Made by a program: the position numbers and the translations under genes | Shown: in pieces, positions 1 through 13,208 of the stretch | Position numbering within the stretch: position 1 is the first letter of the stretch | How the letters are laid out: every line of letters begins with the position of its first letter | Notes under the pieces: model-generated | What the model was told of the DNA's origin: nothing | The model's database searches: none | What the model saw: only the letters and a program-made list of their open reading frames with translations | Assembly (NCBI GenBank): GCA_964016885.1 | Contig: OZ024763.1 | Coordinates: 8,742,001 to 8,806,000, forward strand | Direction of reading: 5' to 3' | Length of the DNA stretch: 64,000 nt | Source of the DNA: Eledone cirrhosa | Taxonomy: Eukaryota

Positions 1-53
1 ATGATGATGATATATATATATATACATACATACTGTATATATATATACATACA

Positions 54-89
<36 letters not shown>

Positions 90-546
90 TATACGCCTGC
101 GCCTGTATCTTGTGATTTTATAATATAAAGTAAACATGTTTACATATCTAGACCTAGATTTACCCTACTGCCCCCATTCCCACCCATCATCCCCACCTTT
201 CTGTTGACTAGATTTATCAAGTGATCCAATAAAACCATGCTCCAGTTTTATAATCCTTCAATTTTCTTTGCTCTATAACAAATATATATCACACTCTACA
301 TGTCTCTAACACTTTCTTACCAGATTTCGAATGAAATATTTCAAAATATATGTCTATATCTTTTAAATATAATAAAATATATGTCTATATCTTTTGAATA
401 TTTCAAAATATATGTTTATATCTTTTATATATTTCACAATATATGTCTATATTTTTTAAACATAATAAAATATATATCTATATCTTTGAAATATTTCAAA
501 ATATATGTCTATATCTTTGAAATATAATAAAATATATATATACCTA

Positions 547-692
547 TACAATGAAATTCCATTATAACGAAATTCACAGGGTATAAAAATAATTTGTTGT
601 AACAAAAAATTCAAAACACATCGTGCGAGTGGCCGGGGATTGAACAAAATATTGTTATACTGGTATTCATTATAACAGAATTTTTATCTGTA
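547..692. mobile_element. Degenerate Tigger-like MITE
   Basis: Imperfect TIRs TACAATGAAATTCCATTATAACGAA / TTCATTATAACAGAATTTTTATCTGTA. Confidence 0.45.
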
Positions 693-905
693 TATTTGAA
701 ATATAATAAAATATACTGCCTATATATTTCAAATATAATATTTTTTCATCATTTTACGTCCGCTTTTCTGCCTATAGCTTTCCGCTTATACTCTGCCTAT
801 ATCTTTCAAATAATTTTGAAAATAATCGTCACTTGAGAGAGATTTGTATATAATGTGTAATATAACTAACTTAGTGATTAGTAAGTTAATAATTCTCATT
901 ATTAA

Positions 906-1536
906 CCCTTTACCATTTACATTACTCTATATATACTATTGTATTTTCACAGTAAAGGCTTTACCTCACATATCTCACATAACATTTACATTACTCTATA
1001 TATACTATTGTATTTCACAGTAAGTTTTACCACACATATCTCACATAACATTTACATTACTCTATATATACTATTATATTTTCACAGTAAAGGCTTTACC
1101 TCACATAATATCTCACATAACATTTACATTACTCTATATATACTATTGTATTTTCACAGAAAGGGCTTTACCTCACATAATATCTCACATAACATTTACA
1201 TTACTCTATATCTACTATTGTATTTTCACAGTAAGGGCTTTACCTCACATAATATCTCACATAACATTTACATTACTCTATATATACTATTGTATTTTCA
1301 TGGTAAAGGCTTTACCTTACATAATTATTTCACATAATATTTACATTACTCTATATATATTATTGTATTTTCATGGTAAAAGCTTTATCTCACATAGTAT
1401 CGAATCTATGAGATTTTGATGTTATTATTTTGAGAACAATACCTTAACATCAACATGAGCAACCGGTTACAGCCAGTTTGGACAGAAAGATATGAGAGAA
1501 TTCTTGCCGAATATGACCAGTTTAAATACTAAAGGG
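906..1536 (+). mobile_element. piggyBac-like MITE family A with an internal ~72-bp tandem expansion (~7 units)
   Basis: TTAA|CCCTTTACCATTT ... AAATACTAAAGGG|TTAA termini. Confidence 0.8.
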
Positions 1537-2258
1537 TTAAGTTAATAATTCTTATGACATGAAATAAAGTTCTTGCTCAAGAACACAACACACAGCACAG
1601 TCCAGGAATTGAACTCACAACTTCACAATTGCAAGCCCGACACTCTATGCACTGTGTGTTTGTGTTTACATACAAATATGACATATGGTTAGTAATTTAC
1701 AACATTAATAAATCCTACCAACTCCAATGTGACTGACCGAAATATCCACCCCACACCTCTCATGTTCTGACATGTCTGCAAGGAACTGGCAAAGTTCCAA
1801 AGGTAACTACCTTGCTAAATCTATTGGATTGGGGTTAATTCTACAGCTTGACAGTCAAGTTGTGGAGGTGGTGGGGATGGCTGTGGTGGTGATGGTGGTA
1901 GTGGTGGCAGTGAAGGAGTTGGTGGTGGTGGTCATGGTTGTGATGATGATGGTGGTGGTGGCTGCTGCTGCTGTTACTACAGGCTAGAGTTGTAGTAGTA
2001 TTTTAACACTCGGTGACCTTATTTACAATATAATTGTTTCTACATTTGGCACAAGGCCAGCAATTAGTATTCCTATCTTACCAGCCCTAAACACCACACC
2101 ACAGAACAGCCTCAAAATATTCCTATCTCTTACCAGCTCTAAACACCACACTAGAGTACACAACAACCAGCCTCATATTGACTAACAGCTACTTGACAGT
2201 ACACCCTAATCAATGCCACAAAATGTGTAAATCACAAGGTTTAAAGAGACATGTTTAG

Positions 2259-3085
2259 CCCTTTAACATTTACATTACTCTATATATACTATTGTATTTT
2301 CACAGTAAAGGCTTTACCTCACATTACTCTATATATACTATTGTATTTTCACAGTAAAGGCTTTACCTCACATAATATCTCACATAACATTTACATTACT
2401 CTATATATACTATTGTATTTTCACAGTAAAGGCTTTATCTCACATAACATTTACATTACTCTATATATACTATTGTATTTTCACAGTAAAGGCTTTACCT
2501 CACATAATATCTCACATAACATTTACATTACTCTATATTTACTATTGTATTTTCACAGTAAAGGCTTTATCTCACATAATATCTCACATAACATTTACAT
2601 TACTCTATATATACTATTGTATTTTCACAGTAAAGGCTTTACCTCACATAATATCTCACATAACATTTACATTACTCTATATATACTATTGTATTTTCAC
2701 AGTAAAGGCTTTATCTCACATAATATCTCACATAACATTTACATTACTCTATATATACTATTGTATTTTCACAGTAAAGGCTTTACCTCACATAATCTCA
2801 CATAACATTTATATTTCTCTATATATACTATTATATTTTCACAGTAAAGGCTTTATCTCACATAACATTTACATTACTCTATATATGTTATTGTATTTTC
2901 ACAGTAAAGGCTTTACCTCACATATCTCACATTACTCTATATTTACTATTGTATTTTCATGGTAAAGGCTTTATCTCACATAATATCGAATCTACAAGAT
3001 TTTGATATTATTTATTTTGAGAACAATACCTTTACACCAGTATGAGTGGCCACTTACAGCTGGTTTAAACAGAAAGAGGTGAGAG
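2259..3085 (+). mobile_element. MITE family A, right end missing, ~11 tandem ~72-bp internal units
   Basis: Starts CCCTTTAACATTTACATTACTC and aligns to 906-1536. Confidence 0.78.
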
Positions 3086-3353
3086 ACATGTTACAGTATA
3101 TCAAGTGAAGGCACCACAGTCTTTGTCAAAACTTACCTGTAATTTGTGTGGTTGACTTTTTGTTTCCATACCTGGTCTAAAAAGCCACACAAGACACCAT
3201 GCTGGAAATAATCTGATGTCCATTGAGTGGTCAAGCTCTGTATTGGGCAGACAACCAACACACACACACATATATATATATAGTAATAAATACACACACA
3301 CATATATATATAGTAATAAATACACACACATATATATATATATAGTAATAAAT

Positions 3354-3391
<38 letters not shown>

Positions 3392-3461
3392 ATAAATACA
3401 CACACACACATATATATATATAGTAATAAATACACACACACACACACATATATATAGTAAT

Positions 3462-3495
<34 letters not shown>

Positions 3496-4160
3496 TAATA
3501 AATACACACACACACATATATATATAGTAATAAATACACACACACACACATACATATATATATAGTAATAAATACACACATATATATATATATATATATT
3601 GTAATAAACAGATACCAAAATCTGAAGAGGGCTCGATAAGCATTGTATATATATATATAAACCCGTACTGAAACTATAATGATCCCCAGAAGACAGTTGA
3701 TGAGCTGAAACTGTCCATGTGCTTGTTTTTTCTGAGTTTTTAGGGATTAATTGTGTCCTGCATAATTAAAAACTGGATGATGATTAGAGGCAATGACAAA
3801 ACAACTTCCCAATCAACTTCAAAAAGATCCAATAAAACAACAAAAGAAAAAGATTCAATTTATTTAATCACAGATAAAGATTGACATAAGAGTTAACAAC
3901 ATTCTATAGTTTGTCACTGAATTTATTTCTTTTCAGTTTCTACAAAATGTTTTCCCACCTTTGATAAGTAGTAGTGCACCTGAGCATTATACACAATAAT
4001 TTTCATTATTATTATTTTATTGAAACTGTTTTCTTTTTACCTTATTTTAACTTCATTGTATAGTTCTTTCTTAACTTTAAAAAGTGATTAATCAGAAAAA
4101 GCGTTTTTATTATCCTTGAATTTTTATAAATTTTAACTTTTTGACCAAAATTTGTTTTAA

Positions 4161-4324
4161 CCCTTTAGCATTCACATTACTTTATATTTACTATTGTATT
4201 TTCACGGTAAAGGCTTTACCTCACATAATGCCAAATCTATGAGGTTTAGATGTTATTTGATTTGAGAACAATACCTCAACATCAGTATGAGTGGCCGGTT
4301 ACTGCTAGTTTGAACAGAAAGAGG
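4161..4324 (+). mobile_element. MITE family A, truncated, abutting the ZNF stop codon
   Basis: TTAA|CCCTTTAGCATT... to AGAGG|TTAA. Confidence 0.75.
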
Positions 4325-5239
4325 TTAAAATTCTTCAATACAGTGTGTTTGTTTGTGTCTTTTTAAATAAATATTATAGACAAAAGAATCACCACATATT
4401 TCACAATGATAAGGTTTTTCTCCAGTGTGTTTACGTATGTGAACCACAAGATTTGAATTCTGTGTGAAGGATTTCCCACATATGTCACAGTGAAATGGCT
4501 TTTCTCCAGTGTGTTCTCTTTTGTGAACAACAAGATTAGAATTAACAGTGAAAGATTTCCTACATATATCACACGAAAACGGCCTTTCTCCACTGTGTAT
4601 TCTTTTGTGAACGCCAAGATCTGAATTCCGAGTGAAAGATTTCCCACATATTTCACAACAAAAAGGTTTTTCTCCACTATGTATACGTTTGTGTCTTGTT
4701 AAGATATCATTTGACACAAAAGATTTCCCACATGTTTCACAATGAAATGGTTTTTCTCCAGTATGTAACCTGTTATGTCTTGTTAACTTATTACTAGAGA
4801 TAAAAGATTTATCACACATCTCACAATGATATGGTTCTTCTCCTGTGTGCAGTCTTTTGTGTGCTGTCAACACGCCGTTAGTGACAAAAGATTTCTCACA
4901 GATATCACAGTAGAAGGGTTTTTCTCCAGTGTGACTGCGTATATGAATGGCAAGGCTACATTTAGAAGAGAAAAATTTATCACATATGTCACAGCTAAAT
5001 AGTTTTTCTCCACTATGTATTTTTCTGTGTGTTGTTAAATTACTGTTAGAGACGAAAGATTTCCCACATATTTCACAGTTAAACAGTTTTTCTCCAGTGT
5101 GTATTTTCTTGTGGGCTGTTAAATTACTATTAGAGACGAAATATTTCCCACATATATCACAGTGGTGGGATGATTTAACCTTAGTGTGTATTTTTTTGTG
5201 TGGGGAGAGTTCATGTTTGGAAGAGAAGCTGTTATTCAT
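4325..5239 (-). CDS. C2H2 zinc-finger protein (304 aa; 10 intact fingers plus a degenerate first finger lacking its Cys pair)
   Basis: ORF with repeated C-x2-C-x12-H-x3-H motifs and TGEKP/SGEKP linkers. Uninterrupted ORF; paralogue of 8049-8990. Confidence 0.9.
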   Translation of the reverse strand: MNNSFSSKHELSPHKKIHTKVKSSHHCDICGKYFVSNSNLTAHKKIHTGEKLFNCEICGKSFVSNSNLTTHRKIHSGEKLFSCDICDKFFSSKCSLAIHIRSHTGEKPFYCDICEKSFVTNGVLTAHKRLHTGEEPYHCEMCDKSFISSNKLTRHNRLHTGEKPFHCETCGKSFVSNDILTRHKRIHSGEKPFCCEICGKSFTRNSDLGVHKRIHSGERPFSCDICRKSFTVNSNLVVHKREHTGEKPFHCDICGKSFTQNSNLVVHIRKHTGEKPYHCEICGDSFVYNIYLKRHKQTHCIEEF

Positions 5240-6832
5240 TATTAGTTGTGTGTGTTTAGGATTTCGACGTTTTCCAATTTGAAATCACCGAAGTACTTCG
5301 ATAATTTAAAAGATTATACACTCATATATATATACATACATATTAAAATCCTAAAGCAAATTTTCCAGTCCAGCCTTCTGTTTTTGTTAAATAAATACTT
5401 TACTCCGTTCCTGCACCAACCACTGGCTACATCTACGGTGGATGACTTGCGTATCGTTGGGTGCTTCGGTTGATTTGTTGCATCATGGTTTAACAACCAG
5501 AATCACCAGTTCGACCCCTTGGTAATCAAACCGACTGACTATATATATATAGAGAGAGAGAGAGAGAGGGGGGGGTGTACGTGTAATAATAAATATTTTA
5601 AATTTGAAGATGAGTCTAGGGAAAACAAATCGATCGTTGAGTCTTGATTAAAACAATTTTCCTGTCCTGTAAAATGTTGAACAACCACTTCACGATGCTG
5701 GGTGTTGTTTGTGATAAAATGAAATATTTAATAATTCCGGTGATAAAACATCAACTATAGTATATATATATATCACCAGATGTCATCAATAAATATTAAT
5801 GTTCACTTTAACATGAGTTAATTAGTAGAATTAATATAATTATACAAGATGAAGTTTTAACTACACCATGTTGTCGGTGTAAATTATAATTGTGTCCCCC
5901 CCTCACCACCCTAATTAAATGACACCGGTGACGGGACTTAAAAATCCCTACCTACCATAATTCAATACATACAGAGACCTTCAGTTATATCTATTAACTC
6001 CTTCAATTGTATTCAACCCAGGGTATATATTTAAAAAAAACATTCTTCAAAATAGCTCAAACTCTCAGGTCTTGAATAATCGTCCCCTCACCCGCTTATT
6101 CATTTCTCAGGCCCCCCCCCCCCTCCACTTATTAAATATTGCTAATCTATATCGGGCGAAATTTTATTGTAAGTGATTCATATTGATACAGCAGCTGGAG
6201 AATCTAATAATAATAATTTTATTTTACATTAAAAAAAACATATATGATAATAAAAAAAGAACTTTACAAGAAATCCCATATTTACGAACGTACACTATAC
6301 AATTACCAATTCCCCCTCCATGTTTATCCCAGGCCCCTCGCTTATAAGAATTTAAGCAAATGTCCAACCTCGACCTCTGCTTATTCCACCCCACCATCTA
6401 TTATTTGCAACCCGACAATATGTACCAATTAGGGAGCATTTACGGTGGCGTCCGGCCTGCTAGAAATAGCAGTCAGTTTAACTCAATATCACACGCAGTC
6501 GCATATAAATGTATGCATATGCACATATACACATACGCGTCAGCGTGTTGAAAAGAATTCTAGTATCTATAACTAGACATATTGCTCTGTGAATTAAGCA
6601 ACGATTTGTGACCAATTGACCGGTGGTCAATTGATGATCCTTTTTATTTTCCTCCCCGTCTTTTTCTTTCTTTCTCTCTCTCTCTCTGGTCATGTGATTT
6701 GGTGTTGTTTTTGTGAGGTTCCTGGCGATGGTTGGTTTTATTTGTTTGTCTTTATCAACGACATAATATTTGTAAAGCTATGTTGAAAGAATTGTGAGCA
6801 ATTTGTAATGTTATATATATATATATATATAT

Positions 6833-7200
6833 CTTCTTCTCCTGCTTATTCCTGAGAGGGTCATGCTGGGCAGAGTCCTCAAACACTCCCTTCAGCCGGT
6901 CCTGTCAGAAGGAACCATCTCCAACTGATGCGGCTGGATCCTCAAGTGAGACCAGCAAAGCTCGTGGATGTTATCCAACCATCTTGCTGGGGGTTTACCT
7001 CTGGGTCTCCTGGCAGTTGGTTTTTGCCCATAAAATCTGTCCAGTGATTCTTTCCTGTGACATTCTAACCACATGTCCATAGTATCAGAGCTGTGATCTC
7101 TCAATTCAGGGAAGTAGCAACTCTACCTGGAGTGACTCTCTGATCTCTGAGCTATAAATCTGTCCAGTGATTCTTTCCTGAGACATTCTAACCATATGTC
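6833..7200 (-). mobile_element. Non-autonomous element carrying the 3' end of a second RTE-like LINE
   Basis: Minus strand encodes RRPRGKPPARWLDNIHE (RTE C-terminal GRP..RW.D motif) and ends in an (AAG)n tail. Related copies at 12340-12650(-), 57272-57392(-) and 62890-63140(+). Confidence 0.7.
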
Positions 7201-7793
7201 GCAGCAAGGCATGGAAAATTCTGGCCAGACTTGTCTCCCAGCATGGACGACACATCTAACCCATGCAAGCATCGAAAAATGGATGCTAAATGGTGATAAT
7301 GATGATGATGATGACGACACACCACAGATTCAGCCACGATGGTTCTCATAGCTAAATATGTGGAAGAACTAGAGAATAAATTCCAGTTATAATAATGATT
7401 TCTTTATTGACCACTAGGGCCTACATATAGGGGACAATATAAAGACAGGGATAATAATAATAATTGTTTCTAATTTTGGCACAAGTCAGCAATTATTCCA
7501 GTGTATTACTGGTACTTTATTTTATCGACCCCGTAAGGATGGAAGGCAAAGTTAACCTCGGCAGGATTTGAACTCAGACCAGGATAATAATAATAAAAAT
7601 GGTGTAGTGCTCAGCACCTAGAGAAGTTATCTTACTGTACTCAGGGACCAAATGTTATTCAAAGTATATCTATTAGTGGAATATGTGTTAAGATGTACAA
7701 AAGAGGATTTGTCAAGTTTCAGTTAAAATTCTTCCTTAGTGTATACTTCTTGATAATTCTAACAGGCGGTGCTCCAGCATGGCAGTAGCTTAA

Positions 7794-8001
7794 CCCTTTA
7801 GTATTTAAACCAGCCATATCCAGCCAGAATTCTCTCACCTCTTTCTGTTCAAAACGGTTGTAACTGGCCGCTTGTACTTATGTTAAGGTATTGTTCTCAA
7901 AATAAATAATATCAAAATCTTGTAGATTTGATATTATGTGAGATAAAGCCTTTACCATGAAAATATAATAGTAAATATAGAGTAATATGAATGCTAAAGG
8001 G
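7794..8001 (-). mobile_element. MITE family A, unexpanded 208-bp monomer
   Basis: TTAA on both sides; terminal inverted repeats CCCTTTAG(T/C)ATT. Confidence 0.85.
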
Positions 8002-8048
8002 TTAATTACTGAAACCAGTAAAAGAAAAGAAAATATTTCTCTCATGTT

Positions 8049-8990
8049 TCAGTCATAATGTTTATCACCAATGTGACATTTGTGAACCAGCAATGTAGAA
8101 TTCCGAGTGAAAGATTTGCCACATATTTCACAGTTGAAGGGTTTTTCTCCAGTGTGTATTCTTTTGTGAACTACAAGACCTGAACCATCAGAGAATGACA
8201 TACCACACATTTCACAACAATAAGGTTTTTCACCAGAATGTATTCTTTTATGAACTACAAGATTCCCACTCTGAGTGAAAGATTTCCCACATATTTCACA
8301 GTGGAAAGGTTTTTCTGCATTATGTATTCTTTTGTGAACGCCAAGATCTGAATTCCGAGTGAAAGATTTCCCACATATTTCACAACAAAAAGGTTTTTCT
8401 CCACTATGTATACGTTTGTGTCTTGTTAAGATATCATTTGACACAAAAGATTTCCCACATGTTTCACAATGAAATGGTTTTTCTCCAGTATGTAACCTGT
8501 TATGTCTTGTTAACTTATTACTAGAGATAAAAGATTTATCACACATCTCACAATGATATGGTTCTTCTCCTGTGTGCAGTCTTTTGTGTGCTGTCAACAC
8601 GCCGTTAGTGACAAAAGATTTCTCACAGATATCACAGTAGAAGGGTTTTTCTCCAGTGTGACTGCGTATATGAATGGCAAGGCTACATTTAGAAGAGAAA
8701 AATTTATCACATATGTCACAGCTAAATAGTTTTTCTCCACTATGTATTTTTCTGTGTGTTGTTAAATTACTGTTAGAGACGAAAGATTTCCCACATATTT
8801 CACAGTTAAACAGTTTTTCTCCAGTGTGTATTTTCTTGTGGGCTGTTAAATTACTATTAGAGACGAAATATTTCCCACATATATCACAGTGGTGGGATGA
8901 TTTAACCTTAGTGTGTATTTTTTTGTGTGCGGAGAGTTCATGTTTGGAAGAGAAATTTGTCTTACAAATCTCACAGCAGTGACCTGACAT
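8049..8990 (-). CDS. C2H2 zinc-finger protein (313 aa; 11 fingers, the last atypical H-x2-H)
   Basis: ATG-initiated ORF with 11 tandem C2H2 motifs and TGEKP-type linkers. Confidence 0.92.
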   Translation of the reverse strand: MSGHCCEICKTNFSSKHELSAHKKIHTKVKSSHHCDICGKYFVSNSNLTAHKKIHTGEKLFNCEICGKSFVSNSNLTTHRKIHSGEKLFSCDICDKFFSSKCSLAIHIRSHTGEKPFYCDICEKSFVTNGVLTAHKRLHTGEEPYHCEMCDKSFISSNKLTRHNRLHTGEKPFHCETCGKSFVSNDILTRHKRIHSGEKPFCCEICGKSFTRNSDLGVHKRIHNAEKPFHCEICGKSFTQSGNLVVHKRIHSGEKPYCCEMCGMSFSDGSGLVVHKRIHTGEKPFNCEICGKSFTRNSTLLVHKCHIGDKHYD

Positions 8991-10162
8991 ATTTCTGGTT
9001 AGTAATGTTTACATAAACAATTCTCACCACTTCTGCTCATATATTAAGAAATGAAGATCTCGTTAATAGATGCAGTCAAATTAATACTGAGTGTCGATAA
9101 ATCAATATCGAATTCGGCATTCTTCTACTACAGTTTGTAATATAACATTCAGTTGGTAAGTGCAGAGTAAGAAGATATGACGGTGTAAGATTGATTTCGG
9201 ATAAAGAAAATGCTTGGCCACTTTTTTTCCGTCTATAGGGGCTTCCTCGTTTTCGAATTTGAAATATCACCGAAGTGCTTCGATAATTTATAAGATTATA
9301 CACACACACAAATATGTGTGTGTGTGTGTGTATAATTTTGTAAGTAACTTGTGGTTACTAGGGGCGACGCTGGTCGGAACCCTCCATGCTGTTACGGGGT
9401 CCGTCTCTCGTTGGGTTATGTTCCAGGTTTAAGGCGGCTATATTTGCAAAATGTGTGCGTGTGTGTATATATATATATAGAGAGAGAGACGTGTGTGTGT
9501 GTAGAAATTTGTGTACGTGTTTGTCCAAATAAAATCAGGATTGTTCACCACAGATAATAAAAATGTCCATGTGTTCTGTGATGCAGAACGAAATAATAAA
9601 TATTTTAAATTTGAAGATGAAATGAAAAGTCTAGGGAAAACAAATCGATCGTTGATTCTTGATTAAAACAATTTTCCTGTCCTGTAAAATGTTGAACAAC
9701 CACTTCACGATTTGGGTGTTGTTTGTGATAAAATGAAATATTTAATAATTCCGGTAATAAAACATCAACTATAGTATATATATATATATATCACCAGATA
9801 TGATCAATAAATATTAACGTTCACTTTAATATGAGTTTAATTAGTATAATTAATATAATTATACAAGATTAAGTTTTAATGATATCATGTTGTCGGTGTA
9901 AATCGTAATTGTCCCCTCCCTGATTAAATGACACCGGTGACAACGAAATATGAACAGACAATAATTTTTAATTTTTTAATTTTCATTTAATATTTAATAT
10001 TTGATAAGATTAATTTCATCCTAACTGGCAATATTTTTTATAAACCCCCTTTTTTTAATGATTCTTCTTTTTGTTCAAAAATAACACTTTGTCGGATTAA
10101 CAAAAAAAATCCTTTAAATATACTTATGTACTGTTTCCATTCTTACTTTCTCTCTCTCTCTC

Positions 10163-10222
<60 letters not shown>

Positions 10223-10227
<5 letters not shown>

Positions 10228-10530
10228 TTGTCCCCCAGTATTCGCGGGAGGTTACGTTCCTAGAGCACTCGCGAAGAGTGAAAAACTGGCAGTATTGGAT
10301 GTTGTCCATAAAAATGACTATAAACGTAAAAACAACGTAAAATATAGGCCGGCAATACGGTATATTGTTATTGATAATTGTGCGTTCAAAAGCGTGACAA
10401 AATATATATTGCCACGAAAAAAAGCTATAAAAATCTCGCAGAACATATTTACGAGTCTGCGAATATGCGGTGGTTTTCACGAATAATTATTAGTTAGGTC
10501 TTAGGAAATTGCACGAATGCCGGGGATATA
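10223..10530. mobile_element. Tigger/pogo-like MITE
   Basis: Begins TA|CAGTTGTCCCCCAGTATTCGCG; degenerate inverse CACGAATGCCGGGGA at the right end. Confidence 0.5.
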
Positions 10531-10541
10531 CTAAATATATG

Positions 10542-11206
10542 CAGTGGTGGACTGGCCAGGTTTCCCAATGGCAAGTAGGCCTCAGGGGGGCCACAGTAGC
10601 ATTGCAAGATAGACAGTCTAGATAGATGAGAAACAAAAAGAGGATGTAGTTTATGGAACACTCAAATGATTTAGAAGTCGACCTTAAGTAGGAGCAATAA
10701 CATTAAGAAAGACATGATACATGTAACTGTTTTCAGTTTTTATTTTACAACCCATAGAAAAAAACTGAAAAAGTTTACCGGGAACCCAACTCCCGACCAG
10801 GATTGAACTTCAGACCAGGATCACCACCGTCCATGACTCTTCAAACTCGGCCGCCGAGACAACTTCAAAATTATTAAGAAAATTGATAATTATAAACCTA
10901 CTTTCAAAATCAAAGTTAAAAAGATGTGTTGTCGTTCATGGCTTCCCTAGAGCTATTAGTAATATTTAGGGTCGACTTCTGGTCATTATTGAAAGTCTTT
11001 AGATTTCGCAAAATACATAATATTTTTTATTGGAGAAGGTAAGATATTTTTCCGCAAAAATTCGATTGCACTGTTTTGTTTCCTCTTATGTATTTTTCGG
11101 AAATGTTATTTATTCATTATAAAAATTAAATTATAGCATTCTACATGTAGGTAGGCTCCCCCTTCATCTCCTGGCAACCAATATTTTTAGACCCAGTCCG
11201 CCACTA
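10542..11206. mobile_element. hAT-like non-autonomous DNA transposon
   Basis: TIRs CAGTGGTGGACTGG / CCAGTCCGCCACT(A), flanked by ATATATG on both sides. Confidence 0.65.
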
Positions 11207-11757
11207 TATATGGAGAGAAAGGGAAAGAAGAGATACTAGCGAAGTTACACACAGTGTTTTATAAAGTTATCTCCCTTAACATAAAGGGAGATAACTTAGA
11301 AACAACTACTTTACATTAACCAAATGTTAAAAGTAGTTTACAAACCAGAGTTTGTCTCTCCTTCTGCGGGGTGGTGGAAGCATTTCTGAATTAGAGACGG
11401 AGGGCAAATTTAGACAATTTAGTTGTAGTGATTAGTTTAGCTCTGCACTCTAAAATGGTAAGAAAACTTTGATATGCGATAAACATTACATGTACATAAA
11501 TTGTAGCACATATCCAAATAGTTGTGTTTTGGTAGTTTGGGGAGAAAATATAATTATTAAGGAGGAACGGGCATACTCCCCCCCCCTTTCCACCGCCACT
11601 GTATATATATATATAATTGAAAAAAAAATTATGCTCCGTGCCCTTTCCTCAGCGGTTAATATATCGAGCTTCTTCGCATTTGGTAAGAAACTGATATTAT
11701 ACCCAATGTATTTATCTCATATATACATATATGTATATATTTGTATTATGTATGTGA

Positions 11758-11796
<39 letters not shown>

Positions 11797-11976
11797 AGTA
11801 CACAATTGCCGGAAACAGAAACGGAGAGAACTCTCTAGTGTTAAAGAGCACAAAAGTGTATATTAAAAAAACAAAAAAACATGGCTGACCTATTGAATGT
11901 TTTTATTCGTCTTCAGGTTTTAAATTGATTCTTTATTGATCTACAAATTGTTGAACATTGAAAATACTCAGGAATA

Positions 11977-12103
11977 ATGGGAAAAAGGTATTACTGCGAT
12001 TTCTGCGACAAATCTTTCGCAGATTTACCCAACAACAGGAAGAAACACATCAATGGAAGTCTCCATCAGAGGATGAGAAAACAGCATTATGATGCTTTCA
12101 GAG
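11977..12103 (+). CDS. ZMAT5: ZMAT5 coding exon 1 (matrin-type finger)
   Basis: ATG at 11977; ends AG|gtaagt. Confidence 0.95.
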
Positions 12104-13174
12104 GTAAGTAAACCATTTTTGTTATTCTTCTTATTATTATTATTCGTAGTAATCGGTAGAGTGTCGGGCAACATGCTTTGTGCCATAGAGTTATGGCTTT
12201 TTACGTTCTGAGTTCAAATCCCACCGAGGTTAACTTTGCCTTTCATCCTTACGGGGTTGGGTCGATAAAATAAAGTACCAGTAACGCACTGGTAGTCAAC
12301 TTTCCCCTCCCCAGAAACTTGTGTCTAAATCACAAATCATTATTATTATTCCTAAGAGGGTCGTGTGGATGATAGAATCCTCAAACAGTTCTTCCAGTGG
12401 GTCCTGACAGAAGCAACACTCTCCGACTGATCCGGCTAGGATCCCCAAGCGTGACCAGCCAAGCTCATGGATGTTATCCAATCATCTTGCTCGGGATCTA
12501 CCCCTGGGTCTCCTGCTGGCTGGTTTTGCCCGTGAAATCTGTCCAGTGATTTTTCCTGGGGCATTCTAACCACATGTCCATAGTATCTCTCAATTCAGAG
12601 AAGTAGCAGCTCTACCTGGAGTGACTCTCTGATATCTGAGCTACGAACTATCCAGTAACCACTTTTCTGTTTACAGTTTATTCATCTTCTATTGGTTTCA
12701 GGCATTAGACTGCGGCCATGCTAGAGCACCACCTTAGTTGATTATATCGACAACCGCATGTTTGTGGATCTTTTTTTTTTGGTCGAACTACTAAATCGCT
12801 GGACATACAGACATACACCTGTGCTGAATGATGTATTATATTCTAGAAGTCTTATATATTTATATGTGAGCTGATAGAGTACAGTCTAAGGATTTACAGA
12901 AACCCAAGAAGCTAGATTTAACACCTTTCTAGTGGGTCCGGGTATGATTTTACATTCATTTAAACTATTGATTTATTGATATTTTTTATCTGATTGTCCC
13001 GAATCTTCTATTATCGATTTTTTTATCGTACGGTTGATTTTAGACTTGTTCTATGTGTGACGGTATTTTAACGATAGTTATAGCTCTGATTTATCTGAAT
13101 CATTGAGCCCTCTGCCGCTCATTTCGAATTTTGTTTATCGTGAACTCGTGCGCCGATTTTTCGATACTCGATCA

Positions 13175-13208
<34 letters not shown>

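Noticed and set aside
939-2805. ORFs with FTSHNISHNIYITLYILLYFHSKG repeats
   Set aside because: Translations of the 72-bp MITE-derived array.
3620-3720. Hammerhead-like CTGAAGA/GAAAC motifs
   Set aside because: Stems I and II do not pair convincingly.
11630-11976. ZMAT5 5' UTR exon and intron (donor 11683; acceptor 11916 or 11971)
   Set aside because: Plausible, but the boundaries cannot be fixed from sequence alone.
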